DNA of 64,000 nt from a virus (IMGVR_UViG_3300028833_000126:716-64715), one strand, 5' to 3'; positions 1 to 8,410 are shown, numbered from the stretch's first letter. Notes: generated by a model from the sequence alone, not told the origin. Program-made: numbers and translations.

Positions 1-225
1 GATGACATACGACTTGCTGTACTCCAGCACGTTCATCTTGTCACCAAGAAAGTCAGACCATTTTGACGAAGCATCACGAATTGTAAAGCCTTCAGTGCCA
101 ACACCTGTCTGGGCAAGAACTGCAAGAACAGAGTTGATGTAGAGGATAAGCTGATCGTCAAAGTACGGATAGTCTTCAGTAATGCCGAGGCCAAGCTTCA
201 CGGAAGTAAGAATACTCTCATCCAT
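1..225 (-). CDS. partial phage protein; start ATG at 223-225, continues beyond the window start; possibly packaging- or head-associated
   Basis: Open minus-strand frame reading MDESILTSVKLGLGITEDYPYFDDQL... runs off the left edge; sits downstream of the HNH gene in an operon. Confidence 0.4.
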   Translation of the reverse strand, partial: MDESILTSVKLGLGITEDYPYFDDQLILYINSVLAVLAQTGVGTEGFTIRDASSKWSDFLGDKMNVLEYSKSYVI

Positions 226-229
226 GAAA

Positions 230-472
230 TCACCCCACAATCTTTACGAACTGTCGAGCGACATAACCTTCTACGCCACTCGATGTATAAATCTTATATA
301 CTTTCCTTGTAGACTCTTCGTTATCAATCTCGAACTCTTCTCCGGGACTAACGACGCAAAGTACATCCGAATCGAAATCAGGGGACCAGCGAACATTTGC
401 AATCTTGTTCACGGTTCCTTTTTCATATCTGTTCTTTTTTCTGTAAACAGAACTAAGGTCATCATCGCACAT
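230..472 (-). CDS. hypothetical protein (80 aa from internal Met)
   Basis: ORF 230..508 trimmed to the Met preceded by AAGGAGAG; stop overlaps the next gene's start. Confidence 0.45.
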   Translation of the reverse strand: MCDDDLSSVYRKKNRYEKGTVNKIANVRWSPDFDSDVLCVVSPGEEFEIDNEESTRKVYKIYTSSGVEGYVARQFVKIVG

Positions 473-474
473 GA

Positions 475-903
475 TTACTCTCCTTGATTGATGGTTCGCC
501 ATGGGCATGTATCTCCAGGTTTTCGTTCTTCATATTTCTTTGGAATGAGATTCGGATTCGCATAAGTGATTGCAGAATGCGTCGGCATTGAACAGCATAT
601 GAGATTCTCAGGATCCGACAGGCAAGGAGCTCGTTCAAGAATATCCCGAGCAGTGATCGGATTAAGATGATGAACATAGATCGGTCCTTTGATCGGATAA
701 TCCGGATGTCCTAAGTCAAATCCGCCGTCTCTCATGATGATTCTCGGACGCACTTCTTTCTTCCAGAAGTCAGATGAGTAAAATATCTGATTGAGCTCGC
801 GCATTGAACCAAACGTCATCTCTCCGATCACACCATCAAGCATAAGATACTTGAAGCGGTCTTCAAATGTTGTGAACTTCATGAGCTCAGAATATGTTTT
901 CAT
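475..903 (-). CDS. HNH endonuclease (phage packaging-associated type)
   Basis: C-terminal IYVHHLNPITARDI...PENLICCSMPTHSAIT fits the HNH H-H-N...C..C-H pattern; N-terminal FEDRFKYLMLDG resembles phage HNH proteins; RBS GAGGAAGAAG. Confidence 0.65.
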   Translation of the reverse strand: MKTYSELMKFTTFEDRFKYLMLDGVIGEMTFGSMRELNQIFYSSDFWKKEVRPRIIMRDGGFDLGHPDYPIKGPIYVHHLNPITARDILERAPCLSDPENLICCSMPTHSAITYANPNLIPKKYEERKPGDTCPWRTINQGE

Positions 904-1240
904 CTTCTTCCTCGTGATCGCCCTGATAGTTATACATCTTCATTGCGTCAATGGCCTCAGCATAAAGTCTCTCAATCTCTTTAGCAGACCTGAGAGCTTC
1001 CGTCTTGGCCGAGATAAGCTGCACTTGCTTATCCAATATCTCAAGCTCCTTCTTCTCTCTGACTGTTGCTAGCTTTAAATAGTGCGTCACGATCTGAGCA
1101 GGGGCATTTCCCTCCCTCAGCTGCTTCTCTGCTTGTGCAACTGCCAGATTAATCATCTGAGCTTCCCTTGCTTCTGGATCAAGCTCAGGAACAAAATCTT
1201 CAGAGGGGGTTTCTACTATGGTTTTCTTAACTCTTGGCAT
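887..1240 (-). CDS. coiled-coil protein, possible terminase small subunit or packaging protein
   Basis: 117 aa, strong RBS AAAGGAGG; sits between the GC-rich structured region and the HNH gene at the start of the putative packaging operon; no diagnostic motif seen. Confidence 0.3.
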   Translation of the reverse strand: MPRVKKTIVETPSEDFVPELDPEAREAQMINLAVAQAEKQLREGNAPAQIVTHYLKLATVREKKELEILDKQVQLISAKTEALRSAKEIERLYAEAIDAMKMYNYQGDHEEEDENIF

Positions 1241-1299
1241 ACTTCACCCCTCCTTTCTGATAAATATCAACATGGTTGTGATGCGTTTAGCAGCACTTT

Positions 1300-1530
1300 C
1301 GACCTACTTTTGCGGTGCTTAGAGAGGCCCACAAAGACCAAAAAGCGTCTCTTGAAAGGAGAAGAAAAAAGAGACAGGATACTGTGCCTATCCGAACATG
1401 TCTTGTGGGCCCGTCTAAGCACCGCAGGGGATAAAAGACCTCTCAAAAATCGACCCCCCGGAGAATTTTCGAGGGCAAGCGCGATGACAGAGGGGAGCGC
1501 ACACTCGAGACCCCCCGGGGGTACTCTGGA
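1300..1530. other. GC-rich structured non-coding region with long inverted and direct repeats (candidate cos/pac or structured RNA)
   Basis: GTGCTTAGAGAGGCCCACAAAGAC (1311-1336) against GTCTTGTGGGCCCGTCTAAGCAC (1397-1420), about 22-bp inverted repeat; GACCCCCCGG direct repeat at 1452 and 1510. Confidence 0.45.
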
Positions 1531-1679
1531 TTATGTCTCTACAGGGTGTTTTCCAAATTGGAGATTCAAAAGAAGTCTTGAAAAGATCATAAAGCGCTGT
1601 AAAAATTTCTCCTTTTTAAATTCTTGGTGAAACTTTTAGAGATTCACCGGGTCTCTGTAAATATTTTTCGGAAAGTCAA

Positions 1680-2117
1680 TCAGTTTTCGTCAGCAGATTT
1701 TTCTTTTTCTTCATCAGCTTCTTCAATTTTCGTTTCAGAATTTTGGAGATTCGCTGCGCTCTCAGAAAAATCGTCTGAATTTTCGTTGGAATTTGTGAGT
1801 TTCTGCAAGCCAACAATCGGTTTCTGCAACTGACTTGCTTGCTTTTCTTCAAATTCTTCGAGTTTACTTTTGGAGATTCGCACTTTCTTATAAATGTTCA
1901 TGAAATCGTACTTAATGATTTCATCGATCGCATTCTCAACTGCTTTTTCTCGTTCTTCATCAGACATTTCATCAGAAATATTGGAGATTCGATCGAGATA
2001 AGCGCAAGAATGATAGCCTTTTTGGTTGTCGTAATTGAACCAGCTATCGAACTGCGTAAACGGATCGTAGGGATTATCGACAGTCGTCAACGCTACCGAA
2101 TAAATTTCGTCGTCCAT
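1680..2117 (-). CDS. hypothetical acidic protein
   Basis: ORF 1680..2135 trimmed to MDDEIYSV preceded by AAAGGAGAAAGTG. Confidence 0.5.
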   Translation of the reverse strand: MDDEIYSVALTTVDNPYDPFTQFDSWFNYDNQKGYHSCAYLDRISNISDEMSDEEREKAVENAIDEIIKYDFMNIYKKVRISKSKLEEFEEKQASQLQKPIVGLQKLTNSNENSDDFSESAANLQNSETKIEEADEEKEKSADEN

Positions 2118-2131
2118 CACACTTTCTCCTT

Positions 2132-5008
2132 TCAATCTAAGTATTTCACGACAGTGGAGGTTGAAATGCCGATTGCTTCTGCGATCTCGCCGTTTGTGTA
2201 ACCGGAATCCTGCATTGCCTTGATCTTCGCTATCTTAGCATCGGAGATTGAGCGTGTAGCTTTGGGTGTTGCATAATTTCGGATGACATCACCGTCTGCA
2301 TACTTCAGGATCTTCATCAGGTCATTTTCGGAGATTGCGCCGTTCTGGATTGCTTCCCACTCATCTTCGGACACAGAAATGCCGGATCGCTTTGCTCCGG
2401 TCTCTCTTCTCGCTTTCGTCAGTTCCTGCTGTGCAATCTTCTGTCGTTCTTTCTTCGACAAATCAGGATTCTCTTTTGCGATTTTGGAGATTCGTGCGTT
2501 TGCAACTAGCTGAGCTTGACGTTCTCTCGGAGCATTCTGTTCTGCGACGTTGAGCTGCGCCTGTAAGTGTTCCACTTCTTTGGCATACTTTTCGACAGCT
2601 TCTTTTGTTTTCTGAATTCTGCCAGTTGTAACGTACTCTTTTCGAGCATCGTTCGCCAAAGATTTCATGGAATTTGCGTAGTCTGCATACAGGAGCTCAA
2701 TTGGAGATCTGCCTTTGGAGACAAGCTGCATAGCATCGTCTGCTACAGCCATCTTCGTGGTCTTGATTGTACGGGTCTGGAGCTTCCCTTTGCTGTCCAC
2801 ATAGGTCTCGGGCTCCTTGCTTGTGTCCCAATACAACTTTCCCGTCTCCGGATCGATCTTCTGCATCCCCCGGTATTTCGGAACTCTGGCATCGGATTTT
2901 GCGGAAGAGATGATCGTAGCAGCACCAGTAGAGTACCGCCCATCCTCCGTATAGTGCCCCTGCCATCTGTTCTTAAGAGCGGGGATGTCGTTGTCGATCT
3001 CGGACTGTTTATAGTCCAGCTTATGCTTCGGAGCGTCGATAACAACCATGGAGTGTCGGACAGCTTTTGCAAGCTCCTCCGGACCAGCGCCCCCGATTGT
3101 CATGTCGGTAATGAGGTTAGAGACCCTCCCCATTTGCTGCTGCTTTTCGGCCTCAGACATAACTTTGAATTCATGCCCGTTGCGATAATAATGGAGATTC
3201 CCCTTATCATCCCTCCGACTCTCCGTATAACTATAATTGTCCTTCGGATCGAAGCCTTTAAGCCCCGGAAGTTCGGGAGTAGATGTAATGTTGGCCCGTC
3301 CGGAGAGCGGAATGACCATGACGGTATCCCCATCAAAGTCTGCTCCGGAGAGTCGCTCTGCAACTTTGGAGTTAATGCCTACGGCATCCATCGCATTCGG
3401 AGTGATAACTCTCTTGGCCTCCTCATTCTTGTCCGTAACCTTCAGGATCGGAATTTCGAATGTGCCCCCATGAGGATAACGAACAAGCGCTACCTTCTCG
3501 CCGGGTCGGAAATTAGGTGCATACACCTCGTCGTCCTTGAGCGAAGTGATCGGAAGGATTACCTGATAGCTCTGCCTCGGAAGTGCCGCAGCTTTCAGAT
3601 GAACAGCCGCCTTATCGCAGTCGTTTGCGAAGTTGATGAGCAGGTGCTTCTTGACTGTCGGATTGGTCAGAGCGGAGATCTCTTCGAACTCTGCCTGCTT
3701 ATCGATCTTAGCCAGCCGGAGCTGCTGCTCAACGAGCTTTCGGTTCTGTTTAGAGAGGAACTGGGACGGAAGATCGTGGCTCCACTCTCCCCAGTCGCCT
3801 TCGGCAGCGCGCTTGTTGATGACGGAGAGCTGCTTTTCACCGTTCTTATCGATGTAATATCTTTGTCCGCCCATGATAGGCGCATTCGGATCCGTCGGAT
3901 CTTCAATGCCTTCCTTGATGAGCGAGCCGAACGGGTTGTTCGGATTCTTCGTATCGATCGGCTTGAGAACACTCTTTGCGTCCTTCGTTGCACCCATCAT
4001 GGGAACAGACGAATTCTTGTTTGTGTTAAATATCAAGTCGACTCCGGGCGGAAAGTCCTTATCATCTCCGTAAACAGCCATACCCTTGATGTAATGCGTA
4101 CCATCAACAAGAATCCGGACCTGAGCATAAGTGGAGTTGCCGAGAGAAATATCTTCCGGCCCTCTCCGAATCTCAACGACACCGTCCTTGTCCTTGCCGC
4201 TCGGTTCCTGATCTGCATAACGAATCATGACACGCTTCGAATCAAGGGACTTCGGATATACCCAAGCCGGACGATACGTTTCGCCTCCGTCATCGGAGAT
4301 CATCTCGCCAACCTGACTGATTGCACCGTAGTTGTAAATATCTTTCTTCTCGGATCCGGGAGGGCACACCACCTTGAGCGTGGTCATCATGCCCTTATTC
4401 GTTGCCTGAGGAACTCGTCCGCCATAAGTCGGATAACCCTCCATCTCAAGAATCATCAGCGCATTATCAAGTGTGTTTCTCGTCACGCCGAGTCTTCGCT
4501 CAACATTCACGCCGACGTCAATCATGCCCTTGGAGTCGATTTCGGTCTTCAGATACTTTGCCGTATTGTAGGCAGAATTCATTCTCTCCTCAGACTTCGT
4601 GTTGAGAAGCGAACGGACCGTGGATTCGTTCAGTCCCATCTTCTCACCGATCTCGGTTGCACCCATTCCGCGCTCTTTCATACTCTTTGCCTGTTCAACA
4701 AGAATTGCGCGGCGATAGTTCTTTGCAACGGAGAGCTGCGAACGGAGCTTGGACGGAGACGGTTCTCCTTTGTAGTTGAGAATATCCAGCTCACGGGCAA
4801 TCTCGGACTCTGTCATACCCTTGGATTTCATCGAGTTGACACGGGAGATGAAGTCGCCGGTTCTCTGATACGGATTCTCACCAGAACCCCACGGATACCG
4901 TCCGGAGCGTCTCGGCATGCCGTAATGCTGCAAAATATCAATTTCACACTCGTCGAGGATCTCTCCCGTATGTTCATCCACGACGATGTTTTTGTCTACT
5001 TCAATCAT
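2132..5008 (-). CDS. YonO-like single-subunit RNA polymerase (two double-psi beta-barrels) with N- and C-terminal sigma-r4-like HTH modules
   Basis: beta-prime-like motif VALVRYPHGG...ITPNAMDAVG...GADFDGDTVMVIPL (compare NRAPTLHR...NADFDGDQMAVHVPL) at about aa 505-568. beta-like GGRVPQATNKGMMT (compare GRHGNKG) at aa 196-209 and PGVDLIFNTN...VPMMG. HTH repeats at aa 60-135 and aa 935-958 (GYTNGEIAEAIGISTSTVVKYL). RBS AGAGGAGGAAT. Confidence 0.6.
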   Translation of the reverse strand: MIEVDKNIVVDEHTGEILDECEIDILQHYGMPRRSGRYPWGSGENPYQRTGDFISRVNSMKSKGMTESEIARELDILNYKGEPSPSKLRSQLSVAKNYRRAILVEQAKSMKERGMGATEIGEKMGLNESTVRSLLNTKSEERMNSAYNTAKYLKTEIDSKGMIDVGVNVERRLGVTRNTLDNALMILEMEGYPTYGGRVPQATNKGMMTTLKVVCPPGSEKKDIYNYGAISQVGEMISDDGGETYRPAWVYPKSLDSKRVMIRYADQEPSGKDKDGVVEIRRGPEDISLGNSTYAQVRILVDGTHYIKGMAVYGDDKDFPPGVDLIFNTNKNSSVPMMGATKDAKSVLKPIDTKNPNNPFGSLIKEGIEDPTDPNAPIMGGQRYYIDKNGEKQLSVINKRAAEGDWGEWSHDLPSQFLSKQNRKLVEQQLRLAKIDKQAEFEEISALTNPTVKKHLLINFANDCDKAAVHLKAAALPRQSYQVILPITSLKDDEVYAPNFRPGEKVALVRYPHGGTFEIPILKVTDKNEEAKRVITPNAMDAVGINSKVAERLSGADFDGDTVMVIPLSGRANITSTPELPGLKGFDPKDNYSYTESRRDDKGNLHYYRNGHEFKVMSEAEKQQQMGRVSNLITDMTIGGAGPEELAKAVRHSMVVIDAPKHKLDYKQSEIDNDIPALKNRWQGHYTEDGRYSTGAATIISSAKSDARVPKYRGMQKIDPETGKLYWDTSKEPETYVDSKGKLQTRTIKTTKMAVADDAMQLVSKGRSPIELLYADYANSMKSLANDARKEYVTTGRIQKTKEAVEKYAKEVEHLQAQLNVAEQNAPRERQAQLVANARISKIAKENPDLSKKERQKIAQQELTKARRETGAKRSGISVSEDEWEAIQNGAISENDLMKILKYADGDVIRNYATPKATRSISDAKIAKIKAMQDSGYTNGEIAEAIGISTSTVVKYLD

Positions 5009-5568
5009 GCCGATTCCTCCTCTGTACGAATTTCTTCAATAAGATTGTCGAATTCTACGATTTTGTCCATAACGTCACGGATTGTCTGAGCAGAGGGCGT
5101 GTAGATCAGAATCTGACAGTTCTGATAAATCCTCAGCTCCATTTGAATGTCTTCCGGATCGACGTCATACTCCAAACAGAAAAGAGCCGCGTAAATATAA
5201 AGCTGCTCTTCATGTGCCGGAATAGATCCGCTCTTGTAATCATGAATGCGAAGAAAACCGTTCTCAAAGAGAATCGCGTCCGTCGTGCCGAAACAGTTGC
5301 GGGAGTAATATAAAGGCTGCTCTGCTGTCATGCCGAAGTCTACGGCATCGTTGACATACATATTGAGCGTGTCTTTCTTTCTCGCAAGTTTCTGCTTCAT
5401 GCGGATGCACTCTGCTGCGAATGCGTGTTTCTTCGATCCTTCTTCAGCCGCAAAATATCCATGGAACACTTCAGCCATCCGTGCAGGACTGTAGCGGACC
5501 CAGTGATACTTTGATGCGGAGAGGAAAGCATGCTTGCCTTCAATCTCAGAATGCTTGTTGAAGTGCAT
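5005..5568 (-). CDS. PD-(D/E)xK nuclease (Cas4/RecB-like fold)
   Basis: GTTDAILFENGFLRIHDYKSG matches the GxxD...(D/E)YK signature of the PD-(D/E)xK family; start overlaps the RNAP gene (ATGA). Confidence 0.5.
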   Translation of the reverse strand: MHFNKHSEIEGKHAFLSASKYHWVRYSPARMAEVFHGYFAAEEGSKKHAFAAECIRMKQKLARKKDTLNMYVNDAVDFGMTAEQPLYYSRNCFGTTDAILFENGFLRIHDYKSGSIPAHEEQLYIYAALFCLEYDVDPEDIQMELRIYQNCQILIYTPSAQTIRDVMDKIVEFDNLIEEIRTEEESA

Positions 5569-5851
5569 TCAGTACCTCCTCTCGGTTCTCAGGAAATATA
5601 AAGGCAGCGAATGACATGTCATTCATCTTCCCCACCCAATAGTCCTGATTCTGCCGATGACTTGCTCCAGCACTCCTTTTGCACTCGAGCATTGCCCAAT
5701 GTTCCCCATAATACATTGTAATGTCGGGGAACCCGTCCTTCAGTCCGGTTGCGTTTTTCATAACCACACAGCCGGGGAACCGCTCTTCCAGTTCATGAAT
5801 CACTTCTGACTGAAAGCGGCTCTCTTTCTTGTTTTGCCCTTTCTTTGCCAT
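5546..5851 (-). CDS. VRR-NUC domain nuclease
   Basis: GFPDITMYYGEHWAMLECKRS matches the VRR-NUC GxPD...ExK signature; RBS AAAGGAGAAAAATA. Confidence 0.55.
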   Translation of the reverse strand: MAKKGQNKKESRFQSEVIHELEERFPGCVVMKNATGLKDGFPDITMYYGEHWAMLECKRSAGASHRQNQDYWVGKMNDMSFAAFIFPENREEVLNALQQAF

Positions 5852-5912
5852 ATTTTTCTCCTTTCATGGCAAAAATATCAAGAGAAGAATAGCACTTTTT
5901 ACTTCTCCTCTC

Positions 5913-5943
5913 TCTTCATAAAAGAGAATGCATTTTTCGCGTA
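5913..5943 (-). promoter_or_regulatory. conserved promoter-like element (TCGCG-class), copy 1
   Basis: Minus strand: ACGCGAAAAATGCATTCTCTTTTATGAAG, upstream of the nuclease-RNAP operon. Confidence 0.5.
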
Positions 5944-6449
5944 AAAATCGGTCAAAAAGAAAAATGCGATGACCGATTCGCGAAGTTATCCTTTGCAACA
6001 CAGATATGACCTGCCGCCAGGAGGAACCCTGTCAGAATATCCATAATGACGGCAGATGCATACTTGTGTTGTGCGCAGCGTCGACACCACATGCAAACGC
6101 AATAGCGCCGAAGTCCAGACAAGAGACATCTATTGGGAGTTGGTCAGATTATACTGTCCGATGGTGAGGACGTGTAGGCTCGTTTAAAGAATCCCATAAA
6201 TATCAATCTGACACGGATGTCGCTGTCATATACCCGACACTCGGTGCGGTATTCAGAAAGTGACTTGGCGTGCATAGCACAGATCCTAAGATCAGTTCTG
6301 AAATATCCATGACACTACGCTGACGTTATCCGTAGAAAGGATGAAAGAACGGACAGCGTCATGTGCTTCAATCTCATTTTTATTCAAGGAGGTATTTCTG
6401 TCCGTGGAATAAAAAATAAGAGAAGAGAATAAGCACAGTTTTCTATCTT

Positions 6450-6480
6450 CTCTCATTACAGAGAATGAAATTCTCGCGAC
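6450..6480 (-). promoter_or_regulatory. conserved promoter-like element, copy 2
   Basis: GTGTCGCGAGAATTTCATTCTCTGTAATGAGAG. Confidence 0.5.
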
Positions 6481-6521
6481 ACACTTGCTCGATCTAAAAT
6501 ATCCATAGACAAAAAAAGAGA

Positions 6522-6539
6522 AGACGCTTATTCAGCGTC
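6522..6539 (-). terminator. hairpin terminator (GACGC-TTATTCA-GCGTC) plus T-tract
   Basis: Stem-loop followed on the minus strand by TTCTCTTTTTTTGTC; overlaps the 3' end of the 6528 gene. Confidence 0.5.
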
Positions 6540-6776
6540 CTCATCCTTTTCGGTTTCCGATTCGTCTTCTTCTTCCTCGGTAGTTTCTCCGTCGAAGATC
6601 TCATTCTCTTCCGTTGCTTCGTCAGCTTCCTTCGCCGCCTTGAGAGCTTTCCGCTTCTCGAGGACAGTGCCGGCGCCCATCCCAATGATGAACACCGCAG
6701 TGCCTGCGATCACTTTCGCTCCCGCTACGACGATATTCTTGCTTTCCTTCAGCACGTCGCTCATAAATTTCTTCAT
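6528..6776 (-). CDS. small membrane protein with acidic C-terminal tail
   Basis: 82-aa ORF, one TM helix then an E/D-rich tail; RBS AAAAGGAG; driven by the promoter motif at 6818-6848. Confidence 0.5.
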   Translation of the reverse strand: MKKFMSDVLKESKNIVVAGAKVIAGTAVFIIGMGAGTVLEKRKALKAAKEADEATEENEIFDGETTEEEEDESETEKDEDAE

Positions 6777-6817
6777 GGTTTAAAAACTCCTTTTTGAAAT
6801 ATAAATTTGGAATCGTG

Positions 6818-6848
6818 TTCCATTAAGACACATGAAAATTTCGCGACG
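6818..6848 (-). promoter_or_regulatory. conserved promoter-like element, copy 3
   Basis: TCGCGAAATTTTCATGTGTCTTAATGGAAC. Confidence 0.5.
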
Positions 6849-6959
6849 ACAAAATCGATCTCTAATTGCCTTGAACTACTCTCTCAGCCGTGCCAAAATA
6901 TCTTGCCGAAAACGGATCAGAGACGGATCAAAAATGCACTGAAAATCACCCCAAAAATC

Positions 6960-7270
6960 ATCGAAAAATGCCTCGTGACCAGTTGACCAGTTTTTTCGCT
7001 ATATATTTTATTTTTTAAAAATTTTCTTTTTTTATTGAAATGGGAAAAAAAAGTGGGCAACTGGTCAGGACCCCCCTGAAACCCTTGTCTTTATTGGGTT
7101 TGAGGGGTGACCACTTTTCTAAAAAAACTGGTCAGAAACTGGTCAATTGGCCAAAAATGACCACTTTTACAATTGTGTAACTCAAAAAATTCTGGCCAAA
7201 AGACCACTTTTACAAGTGTAGTTTTAAAACTTTTGGCCACGAAATTGGTCACTTTTTTACTCAAATTTTC
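6960..7270. repeat. iteron-like array: GACCACTTTTAC x4 and ACTGGTCA / TGACCAGT repeats next to an AT-rich tract
   Basis: gtgaccacttttct (7107), atgaccacttttac (7160), agaccacttttacaag (7207), tggtcactttttta (7248); gaccagttgaccag (6977), aactggtcag (7060), actggtcagaaactggtcaattggcc (7129); AT-rich run at 7000-7050. Confidence 0.5.
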
Positions 7271-7558
7271 ACTAAATTTTTTCGCCATGAAAAGTGCAAA
7301 ATATCACGCCCAAATCCTCAACTAATTTTCGAGATCTAACCTAGAATAGCGCCGCCATTTCCCCTGTTCAAAATATCAACCTGACCCGCGTCGCACACTT
7401 CGAAATTTTACTCTAACAACTTAGAGTATTGTATTTCTCGGAGCGAATGAGAGTCGAATTCTGAGCCTGTCCTGCGCCAGACACTCACCGCAGACCCAAG
7501 CAATGAATCAAAAAGAAAGAGCCAACGCTTAAGTCGCGTCGACCCAATCTCGTAAGTC

Positions 7559-7906
7559 TCACAACTCAACCACACCACTCTTAATGGCTTTTTTGATGTC
7601 ATATAAGAATGCTTCATATGCCCATATGCTTTTATACTGTGTTTCAAGATATGTCTCTTCTGATATAAACTCAAAGAACGGATACGGGATCCCAAGCATC
7701 TTGCGAATTCTGAAGCAAAGCAGACACCATCTGAACAGCCATTTAGCGTCTTTACGCTTAAACAGCGGCACAATATAGTTACTGTCTCCTCCAAAGTTTT
7801 CACAAAGCTGCTTGAACATCTGCGTACCTTTCCAGTCACAGAGAAGAATCTGTAACTCATTAATATAAATTGCCTGTTCATATGCCAGTTTGTCATTCCG
7901 TTTCAT
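7559..7906 (-). CDS. hypothetical protein
   Basis: 115-aa ORF with RBS AAAGGAGATTGAG; preferred over the overlapping 162-aa frame, which is Cys/Arg/Ser-rich. Confidence 0.5.
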   Translation of the reverse strand: MKRNDKLAYEQAIYINELQILLCDWKGTQMFKQLCENFGGDSNYIVPLFKRKDAKWLFRWCLLCFRIRKMLGIPYPFFEFISEETYLETQYKSIWAYEAFLYDIKKAIKSGVVEL

Positions 7907-7947
7907 AACTCAATCTCCTTTAAAATTGCAAATAATTGAATTGTTTT

Positions 7948-7977
7948 CTCCATATAATGCAATGAATTCTACGCGAC
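7948..7977 (-). promoter_or_regulatory. conserved promoter-like element, copy 4
   Basis: TGTCGCGTAGAATTCATTGCATTATATGGAG. Confidence 0.5.
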
Positions 7978-8022
7978 ATCTCGCCAATTCAAATATCAAT
8001 CCGCACAAAAAAAAAAAGAGAA

Positions 8023-8039
8023 GACGCTGTGTTAGCGTC
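8023..8039 (-). terminator. hairpin terminator (GACGCT-GTGTTA-GCGTC)
   Basis: Followed on the minus strand by a T11 run. Confidence 0.5.
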
Positions 8040-8334
8040 CCTCATTCTTTTCATTTAAATAGTTTACGAGTTCTCCCTTCATCGCTATTCTATAAATATC
8101 AATGCCATCAGATGCAAATCTGTTAACCCGACCACGCATTTCAAAGAGTTCATCTGTCAGCCCAATATACTCAGGCGAATAGCCAACCATAAATAATATC
8201 GTCTTCATGACGCAGTTAATAAAGTTGCGTGTCACTCTTACAATAAATACTGGTAAAGCTATTGCTAGAGATAATGTAGCCACAATGAGCCCAATTCCAA
8301 CGCGAATCAGTTTCTTGATTGCTTTCATTGTCAA
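8032..8334 (-). CDS. membrane protein
   Basis: 100 aa, N-terminal TM segment, RBS AAAAGGAGATTTG. Confidence 0.5.
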   Translation of the reverse strand: MTMKAIKKLIRVGIGLIVATLSLAIALPVFIVRVTRNFINCVMKTILFMVGYSPEYIGLTDELFEMRGRVNRFASDGIDIYRIAMKGELVNYLNEKNEGR

Positions 8335-8364
8335 ATCTCCTTTTACAAATAGTTAATTTATAGA

Positions 8365-8396
8365 GTCTCCTCACAAATATCCATGTAATCCACGCG
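8365..8396 (-). promoter_or_regulatory. conserved promoter-like element, copy 5
   Basis: ACGCGTGGATTACATGGATATTTGTGAGG. Confidence 0.45.
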
Positions 8397-8410
8397 TCTT
8401 CTACAACCCC

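Noticed and set aside
1082-1630. 182-aa plus-strand ORF across the GC-rich region
   Set aside because: It lies on the opposite strand to every supported gene. It spans long inverted and direct repeats and has odd composition, so the region is better explained as structured non-coding DNA (cos/pac candidate).
2567-5089. 840-aa plus-strand ORF antisense to the RNAP gene
   Set aside because: The translation is low-complexity (L/R/S/C-rich) with no RBS. It completely overlaps a well-supported minus-strand gene, which is the typical long antisense shadow ORF.
7408-7896. 162-aa minus-strand ORF overlapping the 7559..7906 gene in another frame
   Set aside because: Cys/Arg/Ser-rich translation with no RBS. 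The alternative 115-aa frame has a strong RBS and ordinary composition.
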